Positions 49,358-59,529 of a stretch of 64,000 bases of DNA are shown in pieces. Position numbers and translations under genes: made by a program. Numbering within the stretch: the stretch's first letter is position 1; each line of letters opens with the position of its first letter. Under the pieces are notes generated by a model. The model did not search any database. It saw only the letters and a list, made by a program, of their open reading frames with translations, and was not told the DNA's origin. Origin of the DNA: Chthoniobacterales bacterium. GTDB taxonomy: Bacteria > Verrucomicrobiota > Verrucomicrobiia > Chthoniobacterales > Chthoniobacteraceae. The DNA lies in contig JBBQZX010000009.1 in the NCBI GenBank assembly GCA_038207335.1, positions 32,001-96,000 on the forward strand. The letters are read 5' to 3'.

Positions 49358-51478
49358 TCACTTCCCCTCCGCCCGCCACTTCGCAAGCGTCGTCCGAACC
49401 TTCGCGGCATCCGGGGCTTCGATCGCCTCGCGAATCTGGAGCGCCGCCTCCGCCCGCCGAATCGCCTCGGCCTTCTCACCCAGTAAGTCGAATGCCGGTG
49501 CCGAGTTCCAGAGATCACTGCCTTCTCCCCGCCGGTCACCGATCTCGCGGGCGATGACGAGGTGCTGCTCGTAGAACTCGATGGCCTTGCGCGCGTCGCC
49601 CAAGTTCCCGTAGGCGTTGCCGAGACTGCCGAGGGCGTTGCCTTCCCCGCGCCGGTCGCCGATCTCGCGGGCGATGACGAGACGCTGCTCGTGGTAATCT
49701 ATGGCTTTGCGCGCGTCGCCCAAGTCGGCGTAGGCGGTGCCGAGATTGCCGAGGGTGTTGCCTTCCCCGTGCCGGTCGCCGATCTCGCGGGCGATGACAA
49801 GGTGCTGCTCGTAGAACTCGATGGCCTTGCGCGCGTCGCCCAAGTCGGCGTAGGCGAGGCCGACATTGCCGAGGCAGCAGCCTTCCCCTCGCGGATCGCC
49901 GGTCTCGCGTATTACGACCAGCGCCTGTTCGAAGAACTCGATGGCCTTGCGCACGTCGCCCACGTTCCTGTAGGCGTTGCCGAGATTGCTGAGGTTGTTG
50001 CATTCCCCGCGCCGGTCGCCGATCTCGCGCATTACAACCTGCGACTGCTCGTAGGAGTCGATGGCCTTGCGCGCGTCGCCCAAGTCGAAGTAGGCGTTTC
50101 CGAGATTCCCGAGGATATTGCCTTCCTGCTCGCGATCTTCGATGAAGTGCGCGGCGTCGCGCTGGGCTTCCAGCCAGCGGACGCTCTGGCGTGGATGGAA
50201 GCGGAGATTGCTGGTATAAACCACTGCGTTCACGAGCGAGAGGAGCAATCTGGCGGAGTCGCGGTCGAGTCGGGGCACCAGCCAGTCGAAGGCAGCTTCG
50301 AGTTGCACGCGCTCGCGGTCGAAGAGATCCAAGCCGGCGCGCACATTTTCGCCGCCTTTCAAATAAAGAGCGGCGGTTTCGTATCCCACATCGCGATAGT
50401 GCGCGGCGTGGCGGAGGTGGGCGGAGTCGCGGTCAGTGTCGGAGAGCTTGCCCTCGCAGAACTGGCGGACGAGATCGTGGAGGCGGAAGCGGGCGGCGGC
50501 TTCGTCCCACTCGACGAGCCTGGCGGTGACGAGCGTCTGCAGGGCGTCACGCGCGGTGTCGGCGTCCTTTTGCCAGACAGCGGCGACGGCGCGGAGGTCG
50601 AAGCTGGCGGGAAAGACGGCGAGGAGGGTCCAGTCGCGGCGCGTCTCCTCATCGAGGAGGCTGGCGCTGACCTCGAAGGCGGCATCGACTTCGCCGAGCC
50701 GGTCTTTGCGCTGGCGGAGGCGGGTGAGCAACTCGGGGACGGGCGTGAGGCTGCGATGATTGACCGCACCGGCGAAGACCGCGAGGGCGAGCGGGAGATG
50801 GCCGCAGAGCACGGCGTCGTCGCTTTCGCTCCCATGTAGACGCGGGGCCAGCCGGAGGAGGAGCGCGCACGAGTCGTCGGGGGCGAGGCAAGCGAGACGA
50901 TGGACGGTAAGGCCGGGGATGGCGAACTGCGTGCGGGAGGTGACGAGGAGGAGGCAGCCCGCGGGGGGGAGGAGCGGGGAGACTTGCGCGGCGTCGGCGG
51001 CGTTATCGAGCAAGAGGAGGACGCGGCCGGCTTCGGCGAGGACGGAGAGGTAGATGGGCGTGAGATCGTCGAGTGCCTCGGGGAGGCGGGCATCGGGATG
51101 GAAGCTGTGGATGATCTGCTCCATCGCCTCGGCAGGTGTGACGGCCTGGATGGCGCTGCCGCGGTAGCCGCCGGCATCGGCACCGGCACCGCGGAGATTG
51201 AGGAAGAGCTGGGCGTCCGGGTAGCGGTCGATGAGACGGTGGGCGAGGGCGACGGCGAGGGCGGTCTTGCCGACGCCGCCCATGCCTTGCAAGCCCGAGA
51301 TGGCCGCGCCAGCCCCGCCGCCGCCGAGCGTGCGGGCGAGTTCGTCGAGGATGTCATCGCGCCCGGTCAGCGGCGTGGCGGCGGGGAGCTGATGGCGAGG
51401 AGAGAGGCGCTGAGGTTCGCCACCGATCCGCACATTCGCACCAGCTCCGGCGACGATGACATGCCCACCGGCCTGCAC
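49358..51478 (-). CDS. NB-ARC (STAND) NTPase + TPR repeat protein, NLR-like
   Basis: TGRD, GMGGVGKT (Walker A), LLLLDNA (Walker B), LVTSR, CGHLPLAL, LHDLVR (MHD); 40-aa TPR repeats. No ATG start (GTG 51478). Confidence 0.9.
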   Translation of the reverse strand: MQAGGHVIVAGAGANVRIGGEPQRLSPRHQLPAATPLTGRDDILDELARTLGGGGAGAAISGLQGMGGVGKTALAVALAHRLIDRYPDAQLFLNLRGAGADAGGYRGSAIQAVTPAEAMEQIIHSFHPDARLPEALDDLTPIYLSVLAEAGRVLLLLDNAADAAQVSPLLPPAGCLLLVTSRTQFAIPGLTVHRLACLAPDDSCALLLRLAPRLHGSESDDAVLCGHLPLALAVFAGAVNHRSLTPVPELLTRLRQRKDRLGEVDAAFEVSASLLDEETRRDWTLLAVFPASFDLRAVAAVWQKDADTARDALQTLVTARLVEWDEAAARFRLHDLVRQFCEGKLSDTDRDSAHLRHAAHYRDVGYETAALYLKGGENVRAGLDLFDRERVQLEAAFDWLVPRLDRDSARLLLSLVNAVVYTSNLRFHPRQSVRWLEAQRDAAHFIEDREQEGNILGNLGNAYFDLGDARKAIDSYEQSQVVMREIGDRRGECNNLSNLGNAYRNVGDVRKAIEFFEQALVVIRETGDPRGEGCCLGNVGLAYADLGDARKAIEFYEQHLVIAREIGDRHGEGNTLGNLGTAYADLGDARKAIDYHEQRLVIAREIGDRRGEGNALGSLGNAYGNLGDARKAIEFYEQHLVIAREIGDRRGEGSDLWNSAPAFDLLGEKAEAIRRAEAALQIREAIEAPDAAKVRTTLAKWRAEGK
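49500..50130 (-). repeat. ~5 highly similar 120-bp tandem repeats encoding TPRs
   Basis: The block tcgatggccttgcgcgcgtcgcccaagt..gtaggcg and its variants recur every 120 bp. Confidence 0.9.
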
Positions 51479-51673
51479 TTCCGCTGCGTGTGTCGTCCCC
51501 GTGCCCGCCGCCGCGTGCTCAGGGGCTACGCTTTTGGGGGCGAGTCGTTCTCGCGGGTGATGGAGACGTCTTTCTTCGCGTCGAATTTCTTCGCCTCCAA
51601 CGTGCCGCCGCTGGACGCGAGTCTCAAATCCCGGCGAGGCTCGCGCGCGCGCAAATCCAGCGGCACCGCCCGA

Positions 51674-52474
51674 TCACAAGCCCTCTGGTAGCGGGAGTTG
51701 CGCGTCTTTCAAGCCGCCGTCCGGGATCGGCAGCCGCAGGGTCCAGAGGATCGCCTGCGTGACGAGTCGGCGATATTCGATGCGCTCCCAGTTTTTGTGA
51801 AAGTGGAGGCACACGAAGCCGAACGAGCGCCCACCATCCGGTCGATCCCACGCCCAGCCGATCGTCTCCTCGCGGCCCTCCAGCTGCGTGGTGAGCAGGG
51901 GTATGAAGGCGTCGGATTTTGGCTGAAGATCGAGCCGGTAGTAGAACTCGTCGTTGATCCGAAAATCGCCCAGCCCCGCGACTACCGGATGCTGCGGCGC
52001 GGCGATGTGGATGTCGTTTTCCTGGACCACGTATTTGCGCTGCGGCCCGCCGCGTGTGCCGCCGAGCAGCGCGAGTTGGCCAGCGATGAACGTTGCATCC
52101 TTTGCGCCGACCGACCAATGCAGCGCCACCAGCGCGCCCTTGCGCTCGCAAAACTTTTGCAGCGCCGCGTAGCGCTCCGGTGTCGCCTGCATCCACTGCG
52201 CGCCTTGCGTCACGAGCAGCACGATCCCGTCCGCCTTGTCGATGAGCGCCGGTCCTTCAGGCCACGGCTCGTCGGCCTTCACGATCGTCGTCGTGATGTC
52301 GGCGGCGAAGGGCTTGAACAGTTGCTCGATCACCTTCACGCCGGCCATATATTCATGCGTGCCAACCGGGTGTCCATCAGGCCCTTGGCCGATCAAAAGG
52401 ACGCGCTTCGGCGCGGCATGGGTGCTGAACGCGAGCGCGGTGAGAAGGCTCAGGAAGAGGATGGAGAATTTCAT
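51674..52474 (-). CDS. ThuA-like domain exported protein
   Basis: H..GTHEY.AG, GALVALHWS, DEFYY, GWA..RPDGGRSFGF..LHFH.NW. Confidence 0.85.
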   Translation of the reverse strand: MKFSILFLSLLTALAFSTHAAPKRVLLIGQGPDGHPVGTHEYMAGVKVIEQLFKPFAADITTTIVKADEPWPEGPALIDKADGIVLLVTQGAQWMQATPERYAALQKFCERKGALVALHWSVGAKDATFIAGQLALLGGTRGGPQRKYVVQENDIHIAAPQHPVVAGLGDFRINDEFYYRLDLQPKSDAFIPLLTTQLEGREETIGWAWDRPDGGRSFGFVCLHFHKNWERIEYRRLVTQAILWTLRLPIPDGGLKDAQLPLPEGL

Positions 52475-52497
52475 GGGGTTTGGGGGATTGGTTGTGC

Positions 52498-55173
52498 CTA
52501 CGCGGAATTTACGAGGCTTCGAGCGTAGCTGAGTTTGTCGATGTCCGCGGGGGTTTTGTCGCGGCGGATCGCCTTGATTCGGGGGAAGCGCAGCGCGAAG
52601 CCGCTTGCGTGGCGGGCGCTCGGCTGGATGGAGTTGAAGGCGATCTCGAGCACGATCTCGGGGCGGACTTCGCGGTAGCGGCCGCGATCGACGAGCGTCG
52701 TGGATTTGAAATGCTCGGTGAGTTCCTCGATCTCCACGTCAGTGAGCCCAGAGTAGGCCTTTCCGATTGTGAGCAGCGCGTCGGTTTCGTCGTCGCGCAC
52801 GGCGAATGTGTAGTCGCTGAGGACGTGGCTGCGTTTGCCGTGGCCCATCTCCGCGCCGACCACGACGACATCGAGCGTCGCGAGTTCTTTCTTAAATTTG
52901 ATCCACGCGAGGCCGCGCCGTCCGGGCGCGTAAATGCTCGCAAGGTCTTTGAGCATGAGTCCTTCATTACCGCGTTGCCGGGCTCCGGTGAAGGCCGCGT
53001 CAATGTCCGCGACGCCTCGGATTTCGTGGATCGGGGCGAGTTCGAGGCCGGCCGGGAAGGTGAGCGATTTGAGTGTTTTGCGGCGCTCCCGGAGCGGCTG
53101 CTTCAGCAGCGAAATGCCGTCGAGATGCAGCAGATCGAACGCTTTGAAGATGACGGGGATGTCGCTGCTTCCGAGGAAGAGATCATCGTCGGTTTTTCGC
53201 CCGAGACGTTTTTGCAGGTCGAAAAAGGTGAGCTTTTTCCCCGACTCGAATGCCAAGATTTCGCCGTCGAAAATCGCCTCGTGCGGGAATGCGCGCGCCG
53301 CACGGACGACCTCAGCGAATTGACCGGTCACGCGCTTTAGATCTCGCGTGAATATCTCCACGCGTCCGCCGCCGACGTGCAGATGAGCGCGGATGCCGTC
53401 GAATTTATCCTCGGCCCAATGCGGGCTGCCGGACTCCGCGATCCGGCACCACGCCGCTTGGGCGCTTGGTTCCGGGCTCGCGAGCATGACTTTGATTGGG
53501 CGAAAAATGCGCAGCGTCGCGCGGTCGAGTTCGCGGTGGGAGGCGAGGCGCGCGGTCTCGCCGATGTCGCCGAGGAGCATATTCGCCTCGCGCACTTCGT
53601 CGGCGCTCGTGGCGAACGCGACGGCGATCGCTTCCTCGACGAGTCCTTCTTTCAAGCCGATCCTCAGGTCGCCCGTGACGATGCGGACGACATAGCTCGC
53701 CTCGATCGGTGTGAGCGCGGCTAGCCGCTTTTGGAGCAGCTCGGTTTTGGCGAGTGGGCCCCCCGCGCGTTCGAGGTTGTCGAAAAACGCGCGAGATTCG
53801 ACTAGGGAGAATGGCGCGGGCGCGGTGCGGTCGAGCAGGATTTCAAATGCGACTTTTCCAGCATCGGCGTGCATCCGGGAGATTTCGCGGAGCTGTGCCT
53901 CGCTGGTTTTGCTGACTGCGAGGAGCGCGCGTTTAATCACGGCCCAGCCGGTCTGCAATGTCCGCGGATCGGCTTGAGCAAAGGCGCGGCCGGTGAGAAA
54001 TGTCGCGGCGATGGGGAGCTGCCACGCGTCGAGCGTGCGAAAATAGGCGCTGAGGGATTCGATCTTTTTGAACTTTGAGGGAGTAGCGGCGATTTGGTCG
54101 CAGAGGGTTGCGAATGCGTGGAATTGGGAGGCAAGGACGGGGTTTGGCCCTGCAGGCTTTTCGAGGGACGGCGTGCTGGAAGCCTGTGTCACGGCGCGGA
54201 GTGAGAGCTCCATTTGATTTTCCTCGCTCAGAGCCCATGCCTCGATGCCGCGCTCGCGGAGGTCGCGCGCGAAGGCAGCGGCGAAGCCGTGAAGCGTGAG
54301 AACGCGAGCGGGCTGGACGAGTTCGACGTATCTGAGCAAGTCGGGGTAGTCGGCGTGATCCGTGAGCGGAAAGGCGGCATCCACTTGATGCCGAAACATT
54401 GCGCCCGGATCGAGCGCCCAGCCAGTCAGCACGGCGGTGCGGCGTTTCTTGATTTTCGTCACCATCAGCGAGCGGTTCGTGCTCGGCGGACAGACAAGTA
54501 CCTTTCCCGAGACCTCTCCGGCGGCGTAGCGGACGTAGCCTGCCGGGAAGTCCGGCTGGAGTTGGCGGTAGATTTCCGTCATCCGAAACACGGATGAGTG
54601 CAACATCGGCGTGAGCCCCGCTCGGAGCAGCGCGCAGAGGATTTCCTGCGACTTGCCAAGCGAGTATCCGAGCAGGACAGGCACCGCATTTTCCTCCAGT
54701 GCATCGCGGCAAAACTCGACCATGTGCGCGAGCGTCTGCTCGGTCGGCGGCATTCGATATTTCGGCAAGCCGTAGGTCGTCTCCATGATGAGCGTCTCGG
54801 CGTGGCAGGTCTCCGCCTTCTCGGCGGAGAGGCTTGGGCGCAGCTTGAAGTCGCCGCTGTAGAGCAGCGAGCCCGCGTCGGTCTCGAGAAAAAGCTGCGC
54901 CGAACCGAAGATGTGGCCGGCCGGGAGAAGCGTCATGCGCATTCCGCGGACAACCGTCGGCATGCGAAAATCGAGCACATTTTCTACGCGCTCGCCGGAG
55001 AGCCGCGCTTGCATGAGTCGCGCGGTGCCAGCGCTGGCGATGATTTCCGCGTGCTTCGCTATGTGGTCGCTGTGTGCGTGCGAGACGAATGCGAGCGGCT
55101 TTGCATCCCACGGATCGAGCCAGAGATCCGTCGCAGGAAGATGAATGCCGCGGTGATATTTGACGTCGATCAT
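52498..55173 (-). CDS. ATP-dependent DNA ligase fused to N-terminal MBL/beta-CASP nuclease
   Basis: SHAHSDH, AGHIFGSA, SGDFK, METTYG, DHADY; ligase motifs EDKFDGIR, EGLMLK, LRFPR. Confidence 0.92.
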   Translation of the reverse strand: MIDVKYHRGIHLPATDLWLDPWDAKPLAFVSHAHSDHIAKHAEIIASAGTARLMQARLSGERVENVLDFRMPTVVRGMRMTLLPAGHIFGSAQLFLETDAGSLLYSGDFKLRPSLSAEKAETCHAETLIMETTYGLPKYRMPPTEQTLAHMVEFCRDALEENAVPVLLGYSLGKSQEILCALLRAGLTPMLHSSVFRMTEIYRQLQPDFPAGYVRYAAGEVSGKVLVCPPSTNRSLMVTKIKKRRTAVLTGWALDPGAMFRHQVDAAFPLTDHADYPDLLRYVELVQPARVLTLHGFAAAFARDLRERGIEAWALSEENQMELSLRAVTQASSTPSLEKPAGPNPVLASQFHAFATLCDQIAATPSKFKKIESLSAYFRTLDAWQLPIAATFLTGRAFAQADPRTLQTGWAVIKRALLAVSKTSEAQLREISRMHADAGKVAFEILLDRTAPAPFSLVESRAFFDNLERAGGPLAKTELLQKRLAALTPIEASYVVRIVTGDLRIGLKEGLVEEAIAVAFATSADEVREANMLLGDIGETARLASHRELDRATLRIFRPIKVMLASPEPSAQAAWCRIAESGSPHWAEDKFDGIRAHLHVGGGRVEIFTRDLKRVTGQFAEVVRAARAFPHEAIFDGEILAFESGKKLTFFDLQKRLGRKTDDDLFLGSSDIPVIFKAFDLLHLDGISLLKQPLRERRKTLKSLTFPAGLELAPIHEIRGVADIDAAFTGARQRGNEGLMLKDLASIYAPGRRGLAWIKFKKELATLDVVVVGAEMGHGKRSHVLSDYTFAVRDDETDALLTIGKAYSGLTDVEIEELTEHFKSTTLVDRGRYREVRPEIVLEIAFNSIQPSARHASGFALRFPRIKAIRRDKTPADIDKLSYARSLVNSA

Positions 55174-55294
55174 GCAATGCGAATTCTCATTTTAAAAACG
55201 GGCGCGCGAACCGCGATGCGTGCAGCAAAAAGTTCCGTGGCCGAGTTGGAAAAATTGACACCCGAATGCGCACAGGCGTAGTTTTTGCCGTCTC

Positions 55295-55804
55295 ATGAAA
55301 CGACTCCCGATCGGGCTGGTTTCGCTCGCGCTTCTTGCGGCAAATCTTTCTGCGGAACCCGCCCATCTTTTGCAAAAAGCGAATGTGCTGCCGCTCGCGC
55401 TGGACGATGCGTTCCAATTTCGCAAAACGAAGACGCAGCTCAACGACCCGAAAACCAACAAGCCGACGCTCGACCCGCAAATTGCGTTCGACCGCGCGCG
55501 GCTGAATTTCGGAGCGATCACGCAGGTTGATCGGCAGGAGCGTTACGGGCATTATTTCACCTTTTACTGGCGCGCCAACCGGAAGGCGGACGTGACGGTG
55601 CGGTTGGAGTATCGGCAGGAAAACCTCGGGGCATACGTGCAGGCGCAGGAGAAGACTTACACGGGGGCGAAGGGGACAATGACGACTGAATTCAAGGTGA
55701 TCGGCGACGACTATAATACGGATGGGAAAATCACCGCATGGCGCGCGGTGATTATCGAAAATGGGAAGATCGTCGCGTTGAATCAGTCGTTTCTCTGGAA
55801 CTGA
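55295..55804 (+). CDS. Conserved exported hypothetical protein
   Basis: Signal peptide; host-like codon usage. Confidence 0.7.
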   Translation: MKRLPIGLVSLALLAANLSAEPAHLLQKANVLPLALDDAFQFRKTKTQLNDPKTNKPTLDPQIAFDRARLNFGAITQVDRQERYGHYFTFYWRANRKADVTVRLEYRQENLGAYVQAQEKTYTGAKGTMTTEFKVIGDDYNTDGKITAWRAVIIENGKIVALNQSFLWN

Positions 55805-55902
55805 TTACATGCAAAAAGCCGCCCACATCTGTATTGTCTCTGAGTCTAAAAATCTTCTATCGGCCGCACTCGTCGGTGCCGCCCGCTAAAGCACTTCGCC
55901 TC

Positions 55903-56409
55903 TTGACCACACAAAGCTCCATCCTCGTCGGCACGACTGGCCGCACTGTCTCGGTGCGAGTGGAGGGGAAGGGTTCGTTTTTGAATAGCACGGGGCTGAA
56001 GGATTTTGCGAAGGAGATGACGAATCGCGGCTTCCGCGAATTTGAGGTGGACTTGTGCAGGTGCCCTGTCATGGACTCGACGTTCATGGGGACGATGGCG
56101 GGCATCGCTCTGCGGCTGCGCGAGATCGGTTCGGGATGGCTGCGTGTCATCAATCTCAACGACCGTAACCGCGACTTGCTCACCAATCTCGGGCTCGATC
56201 AGCTTTTTACCATTGCCGCCAAGTCCGCGGAACCGGTCGCTGCGCCCGCCGAGAAGCCGCTGGAAATGCCCGCGGTCGAGGACAAAACCGCGCGGGCCGA
56301 GACGATGCTCGCGGCCCACGAAGCCTGTGTGGAAGCCAATCCTGAGAACGCGGCGAAATTCAAGGACGTGCTCGAGTATTTGAAGCAGGACCTGCATTTG
56401 GCGCGGTGA
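55903..56409 (+). CDS. STAS-domain anti-sigma-factor antagonist
   Basis: VDL..C..MDSTFMG; probable TTG start at 55903. Confidence 0.82.
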   Translation: MTTQSSILVGTTGRTVSVRVEGKGSFLNSTGLKDFAKEMTNRGFREFEVDLCRCPVMDSTFMGTMAGIALRLREIGSGWLRVINLNDRNRDLLTNLGLDQLFTIAAKSAEPVAAPAEKPLEMPAVEDKTARAETMLAAHEACVEANPENAAKFKDVLEYLKQDLHLAR

Positions 56410-56415
56410 TTCGGG

Positions 56416-57747
56416 ATGTGGGCCGCGTTCTTTTTTGGGTTGTTCGCGGCGACGGCGATCGGTGCGGTGATCGTGTATCGTCGGCAGGAGCGGCGCATCG
56501 TGGGGCTGGAAAAAGCGCGAGATCGGATCGAACTCGAGGAATCGCGGGTCTTTGATTTTTTCCATGGGCTCGGAGCCGCGGTGTCGGAGGACACGCGACC
56601 GCACGACCTGCACCGGCTCATCGTCGAGGGGGCGATACGCATCCTGGATGGGACCTCGGGTGCGGTCTATTTAGCGGAAAAAAAGAGCGAGCAACTCCGG
56701 CCGGAGTTCGTGTCGAAAGGCTGCCCGATGTTCGTCGAACTCATCGCGACGGCATGGAAAGAAGGCGAGCCACTTCTCCTGAACGACGACCCGCGGCTCG
56801 GACGCGAGGGACCGCTGCGACCGGCGTCCGCGATGGTAAGTCCGCTGATCTACGGAGCGCAAAAACTTGGGCTGCTCGTCGTCTCGCGAAAGGCAGGGAA
56901 CGACCCTTTTCCCGCGAGCAGCTTCGCGATTTTCAAGTGCATCGCCGAGCAATCGGCGTTCGCGCTTTACAACGCATTCATCTTCGCCGAGGCGGCAGAG
57001 AAGAAGCGGCTCGACCAGGATTTGCAGGTCGCGCACGAGATACAGCGCATCCTGCTGCCCACGAATGCGCCGGATGTCGCGGGGTATCAAATCAGCGGAA
57101 TTAACATCCCGGCGCGGCAGGTCAGCGGCGACTACTACGACTACATCGACATCGACGAGCAGCATTGCGGCGTGGCCATCGCGGACGTGTCGGGAAAAGG
57201 TGTGCCGGCGTCGCTCATCATGGCGATGTGCCGGAGCGTACTGCGGTCAAAGGCGGCAGGGCAGCATTCCTCGGCGCTCGTGCTGCAGCAGGTGAACGAG
57301 CAACTTTTTCCCGACATCCGGGAAGATATGTTCATCAGCATGGCCTACGCGGTTCTCGACCGCGAATCGCCGGCGATCACGCTCTGCCGCGCGGGGCACG
57401 ACGCGCCGCTGCTCTACTCCGCTCGGGAGAAGACGATCTCGAAAATCAACCCGCCCGGCATGGCTCTGGGCATTGACAGCGGAGGTGTCTTCAATAGGGT
57501 TACCGCCGATTTTTCCCTTACGCTCGAGCCCAACGACTGCCTCATCCTTTACACCGACGGCGTGACCGAGGCGCTCGACAAGCATGGGATGGAATTCGGC
57601 ATGGAGAACATGATTCAGTCGATTCTCTCGAGCGCTTCCGAAGGCGCGGCGAGGATCGTCTCGAAGCTGACCGACGATTTGCACGAATTCGTCGGCGCAT
57701 ACCCGCAGCACGACGACATAACTTTGATAGTGATTCGAAAAAAATGA
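56416..57747 (+). CDS. GAF + SpoIIE/PP2C phosphatase (RsbU-like), N-terminal TM
   Basis: VSGDYYD, IADVSGKGVPA, RAGH, YTDGVTEA, DDITL. Confidence 0.9.
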   Translation: MWAAFFFGLFAATAIGAVIVYRRQERRIVGLEKARDRIELEESRVFDFFHGLGAAVSEDTRPHDLHRLIVEGAIRILDGTSGAVYLAEKKSEQLRPEFVSKGCPMFVELIATAWKEGEPLLLNDDPRLGREGPLRPASAMVSPLIYGAQKLGLLVVSRKAGNDPFPASSFAIFKCIAEQSAFALYNAFIFAEAAEKKRLDQDLQVAHEIQRILLPTNAPDVAGYQISGINIPARQVSGDYYDYIDIDEQHCGVAIADVSGKGVPASLIMAMCRSVLRSKAAGQHSSALVLQQVNEQLFPDIREDMFISMAYAVLDRESPAITLCRAGHDAPLLYSAREKTISKINPPGMALGIDSGGVFNRVTADFSLTLEPNDCLILYTDGVTEALDKHGMEFGMENMIQSILSSASEGAARIVSKLTDDLHEFVGAYPQHDDITLIVIRKK

Positions 57748-58271
57748 GCAATCCAACAACCGACGAACCGACCGCGAACCCTGATGAATTCAACGATGCG
57801 AGCCTGACCGAGGATTCGTTGCTGGAGAAATTGCAGGCCGATCTCGATCGTTTCCGCGACCACGCGCTGAGGACCCAGGCCGACTTCGACAATTTCCGCA
57901 AAAGGGCTGCGCGTGAGAAAGAGGACGCGGTGAAATATTCGAACAGCTCGCTGCTTGAGCGGCTCATTCCGATCCTCGACAATTTCGAACTCGGGCTCGG
58001 TGCGGCGCGGGCGAGCGGCGAAAATTCGCCGATCCTGCAGGGGATGGACATGGTGTCGAAACAGCTCGCCGATTTTCTCACGCAGAGCGGTGTCGAGCCG
58101 GTGAATGCGGAGGGGGTGAAGTTCGATCCGAATCTGCACGAGGCGGTGGCCCAGGAGGCGAGCGTGAGCGTGCCCGAGGGGGTCATTTTGCGGCAGCTTC
58201 GGCGGGGATTTAAGCTGAAGGATCGACTGCTCAGGCCAGCGACGGTTGTGGTTTCGAAGGGCGCGGAGTAA
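57744..58271 (+). CDS. grpE: Nucleotide exchange factor GrpE
   Basis: [30 protein letters not shown]. Confidence 0.95.
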   Translation: MSNPTTDEPTANPDEFNDASLTEDSLLEKLQADLDRFRDHALRTQADFDNFRKRAAREKEDAVKYSNSSLLERLIPILDNFELGLGAARASGENSPILQGMDMVSKQLADFLTQSGVEPVNAEGVKFDPNLHEAVAQEASVSVPEGVILRQLRRGFKLKDRLLRPATVVVSKGAE

Positions 58272-58336
58272 CTCAAAAACGGGAGCGGTTTCGGCGGCGT
58301 TCAGAATGCCGTGCGGGACGTTTTCGATCGATCAAC

Positions 58337-59512
58337 ATGGCCACAATTAAGCGCGATTATTACGAAGTTTTGGAGGTTGTCCGCACAGCAAACGGGGAAG
58401 AACTGAAGCGTTCCTATCGCAAGCTCGCGGTAAAATTTCACCCGGATAAAAACCCGGGCGACCACACGGCGGAGGAGAAATTCAAGGAACTTGGCGAGGC
58501 TTACGACATCCTGATGGATGAACAAAAGCGCGCGGCATACGACCGTTACGGGCACGCGGCATTTGCGCAGGGGACGGCGGGCGCGCGCGGGGGGGGCGGC
58601 GCTGGCGGGCACGATCCGTTCGATATTTTTCGCGAAGTCTTCGGCGCTGCGGGCGGCGGCGGAGGTGGTGGAGCCGGCGGAATTTTCGAGCAGTTTTTTG
58701 GCGGCGGCGGACAACGCGCGGCGGACCGCGATGGCAAGCAACGCGGATCGGATTTGCGCTACGACATGCAAATCCGGCTCGAGGAAGCGGCGTTTGGCTG
58801 TGACAAGGAGATTGAGGTGTCCAAGCTCGAGGGGTGCTCGGCCTGCCAGGGGACGGGTGCGGAATCGGGCTCGAAGGCGGTGACTTGCCCGGGGTGCAAC
58901 GGACGCGGCCAGGTGATCAGTTCGCGCGGATTTTTCCAGGTTTCGCAGACCTGCACGCGCTGCCGTGGGACGGGCCAGGTGATCGAAAAGCCGTGTCGCA
59001 AGTGCGGCGGCGAGGGACGCGCGGAGGCGCCGACGCGGATTAAGCTGAAGATCCCGGCGGGGATCGAGGACGGGTCACGGCTGCGGAGTTCGCGCAATGG
59101 CGAGGCGGGGATTCGTGGCGGCGCGCCGGGCGATCTTTACGTAGTGATCCATGTGAAAGAGCACGAGGTTTTCGAGCGCGATGGCGAGGCGCTGTTTTGT
59201 CAGGTCCCGGTTGCCTTCACGACGGCGGCGCTCGGCGGAGAGATTCAGGTGCCGACGCTGGAGGGGAAGGCGCAGCTCAAAATTCCGGCGGGAACACAGG
59301 GCGGGACGGCTTTCAAGCTGCGAGGGAAGGGGATGCCGGTTCTGAATTCCGCGCATCGCGGCGACCTCGTCGTGCATGTGGCGGTCGAGGTGCCGAGCAA
59401 GCTAAACGGCGAGCAGCGCAAAAAGCTGGAGGAACTCGCGGAGCTGATGGGCGACGACAACACGCCGCTGCACAAGTCGTTCTTCGAGAAGGCGAAGGAT
59501 TTCTTCGGGTAG
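58337..59512 (+). CDS. dnaJ: Chaperone DnaJ
   Basis: HPD J-domain, G/F region, four CxxCxGxG motifs. Confidence 0.97.
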   Translation: MATIKRDYYEVLEVVRTANGEELKRSYRKLAVKFHPDKNPGDHTAEEKFKELGEAYDILMDEQKRAAYDRYGHAAFAQGTAGARGGGGAGGHDPFDIFREVFGAAGGGGGGGAGGIFEQFFGGGGQRAADRDGKQRGSDLRYDMQIRLEEAAFGCDKEIEVSKLEGCSACQGTGAESGSKAVTCPGCNGRGQVISSRGFFQVSQTCTRCRGTGQVIEKPCRKCGGEGRAEAPTRIKLKIPAGIEDGSRLRSSRNGEAGIRGGAPGDLYVVIHVKEHEVFERDGEALFCQVPVAFTTAALGGEIQVPTLEGKAQLKIPAGTQGGTAFKLRGKGMPVLNSAHRGDLVVHVAVEVPSKLNGEQRKKLEELAELMGDDNTPLHKSFFEKAKDFFG

Positions 59513-59529
59513 CTGTCGCCGCCGACAAT

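Noticed and set aside
49500..50130. Diversity-generating retroelement TR/VR pair
   Set aside because: No reverse transcriptase is present, the repeats are in-frame TPR units, and the differences are not adenine-specific.
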